From Prorocentrum cordatum (lineage: Eukaryota), in NCBI GenBank assembly GCA_963575745.1, contig CAUYUJ010000238.1, positions 62,001-116,471 on the forward strand: a stretch of 54,471 nucleotides of DNA, in the 5' to 3' direction. Below the pieces are notes generated by a model. It was not told the origin of the DNA and made no database searches. It was given only the letters and a program-made list of their open reading frames with translations. The position numbers and the translations under genes were made by a program. Shown piece by piece: positions 25,975 through 38,129 of the stretch. Each line of letters opens with the position of its first letter. The first letter of the stretch is position 1.

Positions 25975-26555
25975 ACTGCTGCAAACGCGTAGAACGAGTG
26001 TGCGCGACGCCAAGGCGACAGCCCTATTTTGAAAAGGAATCGCCCTCCACCCATGTAACTGCGGCAAGCTTTTGGGACGAATGTGCGCTGCGCGACGCCA
26101 AGGCAACTACCTTGAGTTTGAAGACAATCGGTGCACTCAACGCTAAGGCAAGAGATCCTCATGAAAATGGCTGATGCACTATCCGTGCAACTGCTCAACG
26201 TTGTTAAGACATGTATGCATGGCGCTCAGGCGAGAGCCCCATGTTGAAAAGGACCCGCCCTCCACCCTTGTAACTGCGGCAAGCTGTTGGGACGAATGCG
26301 CGCTGCGCGGCGCTAAGGCGAGAGCCTTGTTTTTGAAGACGACTTGTGCTACATCCGTGTAATTGTTGCAAAATTGTGTGACGAGTGCACGCGGCGCTGA
26401 GGCGAGAAATCCTTATGACAATGGGTGATGCACTATCCGTGTAACTGCTAAGCGTTGTTAAGGCGTAAATACGGGGCGCTAAAGCGATAGCTCAATTTTG
26501 AAAACACCACCCTCCCTTCCATCCTCGCAACTGCTCCAAACGTTTATGACGAATG
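25975..26555 (-). repeat. Old, diverged, reverse-orientation array of the 82-bp satellite (about 7 units)
   Basis: GCGCGGCGCTAAGGCGAGAGCC...TTTTGAAAA...CCGCCCTCCA(T/C)CC is the reverse complement of the satellite core. Confidence 0.75.
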
Positions 26556-26934
26556 CATGCTGTGTTGAGGTCATAGTCCCGTCATGAGAACGACTTGTAC
26601 CCTTTCCGTGTACTTCTTGTGAGTTTCCTGATATATGATCAAGTATGGTGAGGAAGTCTCTGGCGAAAAGCCTGTCCCGCCCTACCGTTACATATGGGGG
26701 GCGCGACATGGAGGAATTGTCTTTGAAAAGAGATGGGGGGGAGGAGGCGACGGGGAGGAGGAGGAGGAGGAGGACAAGGAGATGGAGGAGGAGGAGGTGG
26801 AGAAAATGGAGGAGTAGGAGGGGAGGAGAAGGAGGAGGAGGAGGACGACGACGACGATGGCGGTTGCCGCAACGAGGACGACGACGACAGCGGCTGCGGC
26901 TGCGGCTGCGGTGACGACGACGACGACCACGACC

Positions 26935-26972
<38 letters not shown>

Positions 26973-28218
26973 GACGGCGGTGGCGGCGACGACGACAACG
27001 GGTCCGCGCCGAAGGGGCCTTGGCGAGCGGTTCTGGGCATGGACCACGCAGCCGCGGCCGCACTGGCGGGAGTGCAAGACAGAGGCGAGCCCACGACCAC
27101 TTGCCCTCTGTGCGCCTCTGGGGTCCTCCAAGAGGAACTTTGTGGGGACTGGGGGCGGGCCCGATCCACACTCTCCGTCCTTCCGTTTCCTCTTCCGTCT
27201 TTCCTCTTCAATCCACGTCGTGGTCCTCCTCCTCCTCCTCCTCCTCGTCCTCCTCCCTCGCCTCCTCCTTCCTGGCCTCCTCCTCCTCCTCCCTCGCCTC
27301 CTCCTCCTCCCTCGCCTCCTCCTGCCCCTTCTCCGGGTCGGCGGCGCGGGGGGGCACCTCGGCAGCTTTCCTCCTCTTCCTTTTCCCTTCCTTGTCCTTC
27401 CTCCACCTCCCCCATCCCTTTCACGAAGATTCGCTCCTCGTCGCTCTGCAGGACGTGTTTGTGGGGCAGTCCGGGGGTTTCTCCCCAGACGACCTCACGA
27501 GTCATGATCGGCTGCGCGTAAGAGTGGCCCTTCGCCAGAGCGCCAGAGTGAACTTTGGTGCGCGGCCTCCGGGGGGAGCGCTGCGGGGCCGAGTCTAAAC
27601 GCGCCGGCCGCTACCATCACACCGCACGCAACGGCCGGCGAGCCACGCACCGAAAGGTCACTCTTGCGTGGGGCCACTCTTGCGTGCAGCCGATGTGATC
27701 ATGCCACGCGCGCGCCCGCAGGAGAGCCGCTTGCAGAGGCCCTCCTGGAGCCACCGCCAGCCGAAAAGCTCGAAGCCAGAGAGCATCGGCACGTTATCAA
27801 GGGAGGAAGCACCATCCGGACCGGACAACTGGCGTTTGCTCAACGGCCTTGGGCGTTTACTAAACAGCCCTGCCCTGATCGGTCCATTCACTGGGCGCGT
27901 TTACTGCACGGCCTCGCGTGCCGGGGTGCTTCTCATCGGGGTGGCTTTTGTCTGCCCTCGGCGTTCGCAGGGCACCCGTCGGGACTCGCTCCTCCCTGCC
28001 TCGCCTGCGCGGCCGCCCCTCCGTCGCTCCTCGCCTCCCTCCGCGCGCGGTGTGCGTCTCTGCAGCCCCGCCGCCGCGCCGCGCCGCGGCGCGGCCTCTC
28101 CCACGAGAGCGGGCGCCGGAGCAGCGAGTCGACGGGTCTGAGGTCGTCGGCGCAGCCGGCCGGGGCCCTCCCGAGAAGGCCGGGGCCGCCTGGGAGGCTG
28201 CGCGGGAGCCGTCGAGGG

Positions 28219-28380
28219 GCAAGTCGGGCCGGTCCCTCTACAGGGGGAGGAACCAAAAGTAGTCCAAAGAATAATCAGGGGACGAGTGTTTGACCATCTT
28301 TGAGCATTTTTTGAGTATGGCTTGACTACTTTTTCAATTTCGTCCACAATCCCCTTGAATGGGGGACAGGCCCGACCTAA
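28219..28380 (+). mobile_element. ~160-bp MITE, copy A, 8-bp TSD GTCGAGGG
   Basis: TIR (GC)AAGTCGGGCCGGTCCCTC ... GGGGGACAGGCCCGACCTAA. GTCGAGGG occurs at 28211-28218 and 28381-28388. Confidence 0.8.
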
Positions 28381-28403
28381 GTCGAGGGCTGTCGTCGCCA
28401 GCG

Positions 28404-28562
28404 TTAGGTCGGTCATGTCCTCCTAGAGGCGGGTTTTTTGCAGGAAAGAAAAAAGAGTCGAAAAATGCTCCAGAACAGTCAGAAATAGTCCCGCAAATCG
28501 TCCCCTGCTTATTTTTCAATTTTGAATATATTCCTCCTGCCAGAGGGACACGCCCGACGTAA
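28404..28562 (-). mobile_element. ~160-bp MITE, copy B, 8-bp TSD CGCCAGCG
   Basis: TIR TTAGGTCGGTCATGTCCTC ... GAGGGACACGCCCGACGTAA. CGCCAGCG occurs at 28396-28403 and 28563-28570. Confidence 0.85.
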
Positions 28563-30014
28563 CGCCAGCGTGGCGTCGTCTGGAGCCTGCTTGGTGAGCG
28601 GCCCTGGCGGCACTGTGGGGCAATTGGAAGCGGCTTTGGCATAACGAGGGGTAGCGAAAGGTCGGAAAAGCAGCGACTGCGGCTGTTAGAGCCTTGCGGA
28701 GAGGAGTGAGAGAGTCAAACACAGGGGAACGAACAACGACATAAACACGAAAACTCGGAAGCCCGCGCGGATTTCTCGGATCGGCGTGGGGGCCCCCTGG
28801 CGCCCTTCGCGCGCCAGGGAGGGGGGCCGAGCGCCGATCCGAGAAGTCCGCGCGGACCTCCGAGTGTTTCTGCTCATGTCATTCTTCGTTCCCCGAGTCA
28901 AGCCGAAAAAAAATCTCGGCACGCCCAGCATCTTGCAAACACGCCACAGGGGGGCGACGGGCCCAGTGGCTGTGTTGCACATCCCGCCACCGTGCTCGGG
29001 TTCTGGGTCGCGAGTCGCCGCGGAGGGTCGAAGCCAACAAGATGTTCACAATGTTTGGGAGACCGGTGTCGGGCCTCTTGGGAGCCTGTTGGGGGCCTCT
29101 TGGGGCCTCTGGGGGACCGTCGGGAGGGTTGAGGGTATTGGGGATATCTTTCCAAATGTCGTGTTACTCGTTATCCTCCTGTGCAAGGGACCGTCGGAGG
29201 GGACAAGGGGATCAATACCACTCCCGTCGTCTTTCCAAATGTGCGTGTTACTCGTTTTCCTTCTGTGCAAAACTTTGGACATCCTTAACAATAGCACGCT
29301 GATGGGGTTCGGCCGGCGTGACGGCGCGACATTGATATTGCGTCTGCCCTCCGGATTTTCGGGGAAGGACCAGACGGACTCCTAAGTTGAGCTCCTGGAG
29401 TCCATTCGCGGTCCACCTTTGGAGCCCTCTTCAGACATGGGGAGGTTTGTGTTTTCGATGGTTCGTTTGCTTTGCGAGGATGAGTGCAGTGGACGGCCAT
29501 GATGATGATCTTGATGGCGATGTCGTTGTCGATGGCGACGACGGCGATGGCGGAGCAAGCGATGATGGCAACGACGGAGGCCGCAACGACGGGATAGACG
29601 ACGACAATGACGACGGCGACGACGTCAACCGCGACGACGGTGGCGATATCGCGACAGCGCCACCTCGAGGCATGCGCTCTATCTGCGTGCTCGCCTTCTT
29701 TCTCGCTCCAGCGTGGCAGCTTGCTTGTCGAACCGACGTGATCCATTCGATGCGTCATGCCGGCTCAAAACATTCCCGAACAAAAAGAGCACAGCGGAAA
29801 AATAACAAGATAAGGAGGAATAGGAGGATGTTTCCTCGTTAAGTGATTGGCGATGTGTTCATTTACAGCAGCAGTTTGAGGGAAGTTCGCGCAGCCTAGG
29901 AGAGGGAACAGTCATTCCAGCGAAGCATGTGGAACCGCCAGCGAATTTGGCAAACGAGGAGAATCGCCGAAAATGACCGAGTACCGATGGGATCGATCTT
30001 AAGTATACGCATGA

Positions 30015-30218
30015 TACTGGAGGGCAGCAATATTTTCAGCGCGCTCAGAGATCACGGGTCGGCGTAGCAGAGCTGAGTCAGTGCGAGCAAAGGCGGCCGT
30101 GATTTTCGTGGTGTTCGGCATGACTGGCAGCACGTCGGTGGCGTTGGTGCGTCCTTTGTTCGAGGCCGTGCTGGAAAGGGGTAGGGGAGAAGGCGGCAAT
30201 GACGAAATGTGGCCTTGA
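30015..30218 (+). pseudogene. Isolated coding fragment resembling a DUF6787-type transmembrane segment
   Basis: The frame starting at 30015 (absent from the ORF track) gives AKAAVIFVVFGMTGSTSVALVRPLFEAVL, similar to the xVF(A/G)xTGS(S/T)xxxxxRP motif I recall for DUF6787. There is an in-frame stop upstream at 30012. Confidence 0.4.
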
Positions 30219-30229
30219 ATGTCCTGCTT

Positions 30230-30880
30230 TTCCTTCTCCTCCTCCTCCTCCCCAACCTACTCCTTCTCCTCCTCCGGCTTCTCCTCCTCCCCCGGCTTCT
30301 CCTCCTCCGCCTCCTCCTCATCATCAATTTCCTCATTCTCATCTACATCTCCATCTTCCTCCTTCCTCCTCTTCCCCCATCCTCCTCCTCCTCCTTTTCC
30401 TCCTCCCCCTCCTCCTCCTCCTCCTCCTTCTCCTCCTCCTCCTCCTCGTCCTGCTCCTCCCCCATCCTCCTCCTCCTCCTCCTCCTCCTCCTCCTCCTCC
30501 TCCTCCTCCTCCTCCTCCCTCCTCCTCCCCCCTCCTCTCTCCTCCCTCCTGTCTCTCTCCTCCCCCTCCTCCTCCTCCTCCTCCTCCTCCTCCTCCTCCT
30601 CCTCCTCCTCCTCCTCTCCTCCTCTCCTTCTCCTTCTCCTTCTCCTTCTCCTCCCCTCCTCCTCCTCCGCCTCCTCCTCCTCCTCCTCCTCCTCCTCCTC
30701 CTCTTCCTCTTCCTTCTCCTCCTCCTCCTCTCCTCCTCCTCCTCCTCCTCCTCCTCCTCCACCTCCTCCTCCTCCCTCTCCTCCCTCCTCCTCCTCCTCC
30801 TCCTCCTCATCCTCCTCCTCCTCCTCCTCCTCCCCCCTCCTCCTCATCCCTCGTCATCTTCCCTCCTCTCCCTCCTCGCC
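30230..30880. repeat. (CCT)n microsatellite
   Basis: Direct reading. Confidence 0.97.
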
Positions 30881-31722
30881 GTCTTAGAACCCCCGCCGCC
30901 TTTGGAGAAAGCCTGCCCCCTTTCATTTCCCCCTCAGCAGTCGAGATCTGCTTCTAAGGATTGATGCTTTACTCCCAGCGTTTTCCCCGGCCACGACGGG
31001 GCCTTCAGAATTGGAGAGATGTGGACATCCCCGGTGGAACATTGTCTCCAGGGAAGGGGTCGAGACCTCGTGGGACCGCAGACTGGAAACAACAACAGCA
31101 ACAACAACAACAAAATCGCAGGATGTTTGGGATCGAAAAACAAAACGTAATGATGTATCACAAGTTGTAGGAGGTCCGCGTGGGTTTGCTGGGTCGGCGC
31201 CAGGCCCAGCCCAGCGCCGACCCAAGAAATCTGCGCTGACCTCTGGAGGCTTAACCTCGCGCCGTTTTGATGTTCTTTGACAGACCCCCGACGTCTCGCA
31301 CAAAGTCCAGGCGAAGTTTGTTTCGCAGGTTCGGACCTTAGGGGCCCCGCTTCTGGCCCCCGGACCAGCGAGAGGACAACTCGGGGCGAAAACAGATCAC
31401 CACCTTGGGAAGGCGTCGAGAGCTCAAAGACCCAGACAGTCTGCGACATCATCAGCACACCGGATGCCTGGGGGTCGAGCATCGATTCTGTTTTTGCGGG
31501 CCCCACTCTGACGAATTGAGAGGTCTGCAGAGACCTCTGGAGGCCTCCAGGGACTCCGGGCCTCCCAAAGAGCTACAGGATAGGGAGCCTCCTGGCGGCC
31601 CCCCGCCCCCTCCGAGGAGCAAGAAGAGGAGGAGGAGGAGGAGGAGGAGGAGGAGGAAGGGGAGGAGGAGGAGGAGGAGGAGGAGGAGGAGGAGGAGGGG
31701 AGGGGGAGGAGGACTACACTCC

Positions 31723-31928
31723 AGGCCTCCTAGATGGGGTCGGAGTAGATTGGGTTGGCGGATGGCGCCGCACCGCCGATACATCGGCGATGCGGCTTGA
31801 CGTCGAGCCCGAATTTCTCCACGTCGACGGCGCCGACGTCGCCGATGCATCGCCGATGCATCGGCGATGCATCTGCGATGCGGCGCGATCACCCGGCCCC
31901 ACTTACTCGGACCCCATCTGGGAGGCCT
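31723..31928. mobile_element. ~205-bp hairpin/MITE-like element
   Basis: AGGCCTCCTAGATGGGGTCGGAGTA ... TACTCGGACCCCATCTGGGAGGCCT is an inverted match at 23 of 25 nt. The interior is built of self-complementary GCATCG(G/C)CGAT 11-mers. Confidence 0.65.
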
Positions 31929-32614
31929 CCAAGGACCCCGGGGACCTCCGCGGAAAGCAGGAGTCGGCTATACGAAAGAGTGACTTGTCGCTGGAGTAAT
32001 CTCTGGTGCGGGCACAGAGGGGGTCCACAGATGGCCGAATGCGATGCGATGGCAACGGCTTGCGCGCGTCGGTTCGGCATCCCCGCGGCCTCCGAAAGTC
32101 GCGCACCAAGGGTCACTCTTGCCTACGGTGGGTTCATGCGGCGATGGCGCGCCGGCGACACCGGCAAAGGCGCTCAAGGTTGAATTCTGCGACGCGGACG
32201 CACCGAGGGACACGGCAGCGCCACTGGACCCTGTTGAATTCAACTTTGAACGGTCGGGGCCGCGATCCATTCGAGGTCGAACGATCGACGCGGTGTCAAG
32301 GACTTCTGCGCGCGCCAGCGCCGCACGAACTTGCGGCAGGCTTGCTCTTACATGCAGCCGAAGGAGACGTCTCGGAGACACCTCCCCGGATCCGGGTCAT
32401 TCGCGAGTAGGTGCCTTGCGAATCGTGGAGCGCGCTTGTCTACCTGTGGGCTTCTTCGCTGCGCGGCAGAGCCCCTTCAAAAGCCCACGTTCAATGCACC
32501 GTCGGTGGGAGGATAGAGACGATCCATGGCATACTCTCATACAGGCAACGGACTTTAGCAGACATTCCCCAATCAGTGTTTGCACTTAGGAGTCATTACC
32601 TCTCTTTGGAGGAA

Positions 32615-32840
32615 CTGGCCCTGAATGTCGGTCTGGCGGCTCAGTACTCGCCGTGGCCGCCCCGTCGCCGCCTCGCCGCCACCCGTCGTCTGGGCCTGAT
32701 TCTTGGTCTGGCGGCTCCATGCTCGCCGTCGCCGCCGCGTCGCTGCCCCGTCGCCGCCCGTCGTCTGGGCTTGATTGCCAGTTTTGCGGCTATGTTGTCG
32801 CCGTCCGCGCCCCGTCGCTGCCCAGTCGCGGCTTGGCGCT
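32615..32840 (+). repeat. ~75-bp tandem repeat, 3 diverged copies
   Basis: ...GGTCTGGCGGCT...TCGCCGTCGCCGCC..CGTCGC..CCCGTCGTCTGGGC..GAT recurs. Confidence 0.75.
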
Positions 32841-32999
32841 ACTTCGTATTGGCACACCACGAATTGCACAACATAGGGTCTCTCTCCTAGAAAAGAATTA
32901 GGATCTACCAGGCCCCCTCGGGGATTATCCCCGCGCCTGGATATATGCCCGTCCCATCCAGGTCAGGTTCGACCCCACCACCGCACCATCTTTTGCAGA

Positions 33000-33157
33000 A
33001 AGCCCTATGCTCGCACATTCGCTTATCAAAGACCACCCACTGCCAAATTCCATTGCAACAAATGTGACGAAGTGTACACGCGCGCGTTGTCGCGCGCGCG
33101 TGCCGGAATGTTTCCAAAACCGTAGGTTTCGCGAAGAATTCAAAATCGAACGTCCCA

Positions 33158-33190
<33 letters not shown>

Positions 33191-36100
33191 CAAAAAATGC
33201 GTCGCAGCATCAGTTCTCACAAGGTGGAAAATCGGCGCGCTCTTGAAAATTCTTAAAGGAACCGTTGGTTGTTCAACATGTTCAACCAAATTCGACCAAT
33301 AGGGCCTGTCGCGCGCGCGTGTCGAAGTCATTCGAACGCCCTTGCGCACGTGCTGGGGGGACACGATCCGCGTCAAATAATTCCATGCGGGCCACGGTCG
33401 CCCGTCGGCCGCGCGTGCATGTCGAAATCCTTCCGAAACCGTCACTATCGACGCGTAGACACCATCATCGTCATCGCCGAGGTCAGCATGGGTGCCCCAA
33501 TTTGCATTGCCGTCGTCATCGCTACCGTCGTCATTCGCATCGCTGCAATCATCATCGCGTCTGCCGTTGTCGACGTCGCAATGATACCGCGCCCGCATGA
33601 GTCACCGACTCGCACTGAATTACCTGCGCGCTAGCGCGGCCTTTGAGACCCGTCAGGAAGTCCCCAGCAGTCAGCACCACCGCGGCCGCGCCGGTCGCGC
33701 CAGACTATCTGGCCGCTCTGCGTGCGAGCCTGCGCGCGCTAGCGCGGCCGCAGCGATTCGCCAGCCAGCGCAGGGCAGGCATCACAATTGTCGCCTCATT
33801 GGTTTTTCAGACCAACTTGCGGGTGGGTTGGCGAGAACATTGCGCGGTTACTGGAGTTGACAATTCATTGCGAACAAAAGTTGGCTGCACCAATTTGAAA
33901 GCTCCTTTTCGCAGTGCAATGTACATATGACTCTGCATTGTCCATCCTAAACATGAACCCGTACCATCCCAGCCAGGCCGGTATCGTTCCCCCCGTCATC
34001 CTCTGCAAAGAATTCCATGCGCGCGCAATCGTTTGTCAAAAATCATCAGTTGTCAAAAACCCTTTGCAAGAAGTTTGACGAAGTGCACACGCGCGCGGCG
34101 TCGCGCGCGCATGCCGAATTCCTTCACAGACCATCGGTGTTGTAAGGATTTCAAATTCGAGTGTCCAAAAAAATCTGTTTGCCTAAAGTGGTTTCGCAAC
34201 AGGGATATTCAAAAAAAGCTTGTGCGCGCTCTGGCGAATTCTGGAGAAAACCATCGGCTTTTCAACCTGTTCACAAAATTATACCAAACGAGCTTCGCGC
34301 GCAAGCATGCCATAATCGTGCGAAAGCCCTTGCGCGCGTGCCGTCACGAGAATCCTTTGCACTCAGCGGGACGAAGTGCGCGCGCGTCGTCGCGCGCGCA
34401 TGCCAAAATCTGTCAAAAACATTCGTTGCCGTAACGATGTCAAAGCCGAGTGTCCAAAAACATCCCAAAAACAGGGATTCGCAACATTCGTTGTCAGAAA
34501 AGCGTGCGTTCGCACTCTTGCGAATTCTTAAAAACAAACAACCATAGATGTTTTAACATTTTCATGGAATTCTGCCAAGCGGGCCTCTCGCGCCGCATGC
34601 GACATCATTCGCACGCCCTTGCGCGCGTGCTGGGGGGGCACGATCCGTGTCAAAGTATACCATCTGGTCCAGTCTCGCGCGTCGGCCACGCGCGCATGTC
34701 GAATTCGTTTCAAAAACTTCATCACCGACGGGAGGGCGCCGTCATCGTCGTCGGCGTCGTCGGCCTGATCAGCATCGGCGCCCGCACTCGCCGCGCCTTC
34801 GTCGTTGTCAACATCGTCACCGGCATCGCTAGGATCATCATCGTGTCTGCTGTTGTCGACGTTGCAATGCTACCGCGCCCGCCCAAGTCGCCGATTCGCA
34901 GTGAAGTGCCCGCTGGGATGTGCCCCGCGGTCAGCGCCACCGCGGCCGCGTCGGTCGCGCCAAACTAGCTGGCCGCTGCGCGCACGTGTTTGGGTTGGCG
35001 CGGCCGCAGAGATGCACCAGCCAACGCCAGGCATGCATCACAATCGCCACCGTCTGGATTTTGCAACCCAACTTGCGGGTGGGTGGGTTACATGGTTGCA
35101 AGAGCATGGGATGTGTCAGCTCGTTTATTAATATCAGTTGCACCATATAGAGTGCACTATCCAGATTGCATCACACAAATTCCACCACATAGATTCTCGT
35201 TTCTAAAAACTGAATAAACTTTATCCCCCGGGCGTTATCCGCCCCCCTTTTCGGGTATGTAGATCATATACGATTCTGACCACATGTCCATCCTAAATAT
35301 GAATTTACACTATCCCAGGGGGCCGTTATCGCCCCCCTCTGAGATTCCCTTGTGAAAAACAATACGCGGGGACATTTTTTTGAATAAGACTTGTTTCACG
35401 AATACCTTGCAAAAAACGAGACGAAGTGCACGCGCGCGCGCGTCGTCGCGCGCGCATGCCGAAATCCTTCACAAACCTTTGGTGTCGGAAGGATTTCGCA
35501 ATCGAGCTTCAAAACAACACCAAAAAAAAAAAAAAAAAAAAAAAAGGTTTCGCAACACTGATTTGCTAAAAAACTTACGCACGAACTCTTGCGAAATCTT
35601 AAGAAAACCTTTTTGTGGTTTTCCAAGATTTTCACAAAGTGCTACCAAACGGGCTTCCCGCGCGCGCATGCCGAAATCTGTCGAACGCCCTTGCGCGTGT
35701 GCCGTCGCGGGAATCCTCTTCAAAAAACGGGACGAAGTGCAGACGCGCGCGTCGTCGCGCGCGTATGCCGAAATCCAACAAAACCCATCGGTCCCCGAAG
35801 GATTTCAAAATTGTGTGTCCAAAAAAACATACAAAAACACAAGGTTTCGCAACACGGGTGTTCAACAAAAGCGCGCGCGCGCTCTTGCGTCGTCGTCGTC
35901 GTCGCGCCGTCCTCCCTCCTCCCGCGTCGTCGTCGTCGTCGCCTACGTCGTCCTCTGTGTTTCCTCGTGTTCGTCGTCGTCGTTCTCTTTGGCGTCGTGG
36001 TCGTTTCCGTCGTCGTTGTCGCCGTGGTTGTCCTTCCTCCTCCCTCGTCGTCGTCGTCGTCCGTCGTCGGCGTCTCGTCGTCGTCCCTCCTATTTCGTCG

Positions 36101-36720
36101 CCGTCGTCGTCGTCGTCGTCGTCGTCGTCTTCCTTCCTCCCTCGTCGTTGTCGTCGTCGGCGTCGCCGTCCTTCCTCCTTCTTCGTCGTTTGCGTCGTCG
36201 CCGTCCTCCCTCCTCCCTCGTCGTTGTCGTCGTTGTCGTCGTTGTCGCCGTCGTCGTCCTCCCTCCTCCCTCGTCGTCGTCTTCGTTGGCGACGTCGTCG
36301 TCTTCGTCGTCGTCGACGTCGTCGTCGTCGTCGGTGTCGTCGTTGTCGCCGCCGTCGTCGTCGTCGTCGTCGTCGGCGTCGTTGACGTCGTCGTCGTCGG
36401 TGCCGTGGTTGTCGTCGGCGTCGTCGTCGTCGTCGTTGTCATCGTCGTCGTCGTCGGCGGCGTCGTCGTCGTCTGTGTCGTCGTCGTTGTCGGTGTCGTC
36501 GAAGTCGTTGGAGACGTTGTCGGTGTCGTCGTAGTCGTTGTCAGCGGCGTCGTCGTCGTCGTTGTCGCTGTCTTCGTCGGCGTCGCTGTCGTTGCCAAGT
36601 GCCATTTGGTACCCACCGTCACGGTCTTAATAGATTTTGCAAGCCAAGTTGCGGGTGGGTGGGTGGGATGTTTGCGCAAGCAGTGGAGTGGACAAGTCAT
36701 TGCGAACAGAAATTAATTGC
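33000..36720 (+). repeat. Three diverged tandem copies of a ~1.3-1.6 kb composite repeat
   Basis: GCTGGGGGG(A/G)CACGATCCG at about 33352 and 34629. CAA(C/G)TTGCGGGTGGGT at about 33813, 35069 and 36645. The module GACGAAGTGC..CGCGCG.GTCGCGCGCGCATGCC recurs. Copy 3 contains a (GTC)n expansion at 35888-36595. Confidence 0.8.
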
Positions 36721-36721
36721 C

Positions 36722-37120
36722 CTACATAGATCGCGCCACACGGATTCGACCACGCAGATTACACCACATAGATTGCACCACGTAGATTGCACATCATGGT
36801 TTGCATTACGTGTGTTGCATAACATAGATTGCACGACATAATGCACAACCTGGACCGCACCACGTAAATTGCACAACATTTATGGCACCGCAAAGATTAC
36901 ACCACAGATTTGTCACATCACATAGATCGCACCACAGATATTGCACAACATAGATTACGCAACATGGACTGCGCTACATGCTGGACGGCACCACACAATC
37001 CTTACCACGTAGATATTTCTACAAAATGTGCACGCTTCAGGTTGCAAGGCATAGATCGCACAACATATATAGCACAACAGAGGTTGCACCACGTAGATTG
37101 TACCACGCAGATTGACCCAC
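36722..37120 (+). repeat. Degenerate 14-15-bp minisatellite (CACATAGATTGCAC), followed by (AT/AC)n to about 37275
   Basis: Repeated CAYAGATTGCACCA variants. Confidence 0.8.
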
Positions 37121-37570
37121 ATACTTATATGCATATATACACACATGATGTTATACATATATATATACACATATACATATACATAAACATGAACATAAAC
37201 ATAAACATAAACATATACATATACATATACATACACATATACATATATATATATATAAATACATATGTATATATGCTCGCCCCCCCCCCCCCAGCACCCC
37301 CCACAGGGACCTACCTCCTCCTCTCTTCCTCTCCTTTTCTTCCTCTTCGCTTCCTTCGTTCCACTGTTCTCCTCATCCTTCTCCCTCTGCTCAGGCCGCA
37401 TCTCTTCTTCCTCATCCATAAATCTGTCTTTCCTCCTCATTCTTCCACGTCAATTCACGGGAGCTGGCGGAGTGCAATGGGCGGGAGGACGCCCAAGATG
37501 AGTATTAGATGGGGAGGACCGAGGAGAGACGACGACGATGATGATGATGATGATGGTGATGATGGCGATA

Positions 37571-37625
<55 letters not shown>

Positions 37626-37877
37626 GTACGAGTACGAGTGCGAGTACGAGTACGAGTACGAGTACGAGTACGAATACAACCACGATGCCGATGACGACGA
37701 TGACGATGATCAGGATTAGGATGAGCATGGTGGCGATGATGGCGATGATGATGGTGATGGCGATGATAATGGGAGGTGGAGGACGAGCTTCACGCTCCTC
37801 GCGCTTCCTTTCATGCACTTCATCGTGTTCGTGCGGTTTCTTACTCTTCTGATTATTCTTATTTCGCTCCGGTCATC

Positions 37878-37900
37878 CCTTAGCCGCTTTTGGTTTCAAA
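37878..37900 (+). other. Degenerate relic of the dinoflagellate spliced leader / candidate trans-splice acceptor
   Basis: CCTTAGCCGCTTTTGGTTTCAAA versus DinoSL CCGTAGCCATTTTGGCTCAAG matches 17 of 21 with two 1-nt insertions. It lies 52 nt upstream of a GCCATGG start and is preceded by a pyrimidine-rich tract. Confidence 0.6.
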
Positions 37901-37952
37901 TTTTACGTAGCGCACCACCCACCACGACCACAACCGGCAGCACAGACCAGCC

Positions 37953-38129
37953 ATGGGGGGGTACTGTCTCAACAAAGCGTGCGCTTGGGGAGCCAAAGGC
38001 AAGCCGTCCATGATGAAGACATCTGGCTTTTGCGTTTTGTGCCAAGACGCCAACGCCACGGCAGCGCTGACTGGCCACAAACGCGGGGCGGTGCTGCGCG
38101 AGCTGGCCGCGCACGCCAGCCTGAAGCAG
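37953..38129 (+). CDS. Exon 1 of a hypothetical protein with an N-terminal C-x4-C-x16-C-x2-C zinc-finger-like motif
   Basis: CAGCCATGG start; translation MGGYCLNKACAWGAKGKPSMMKTSGFCVLCQ...SLKQ. Ends CAG|GA (putative non-canonical GA donor, phase 0), where the sequence switches to an A/C-rich intron-like repeat. Confidence 0.6.
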
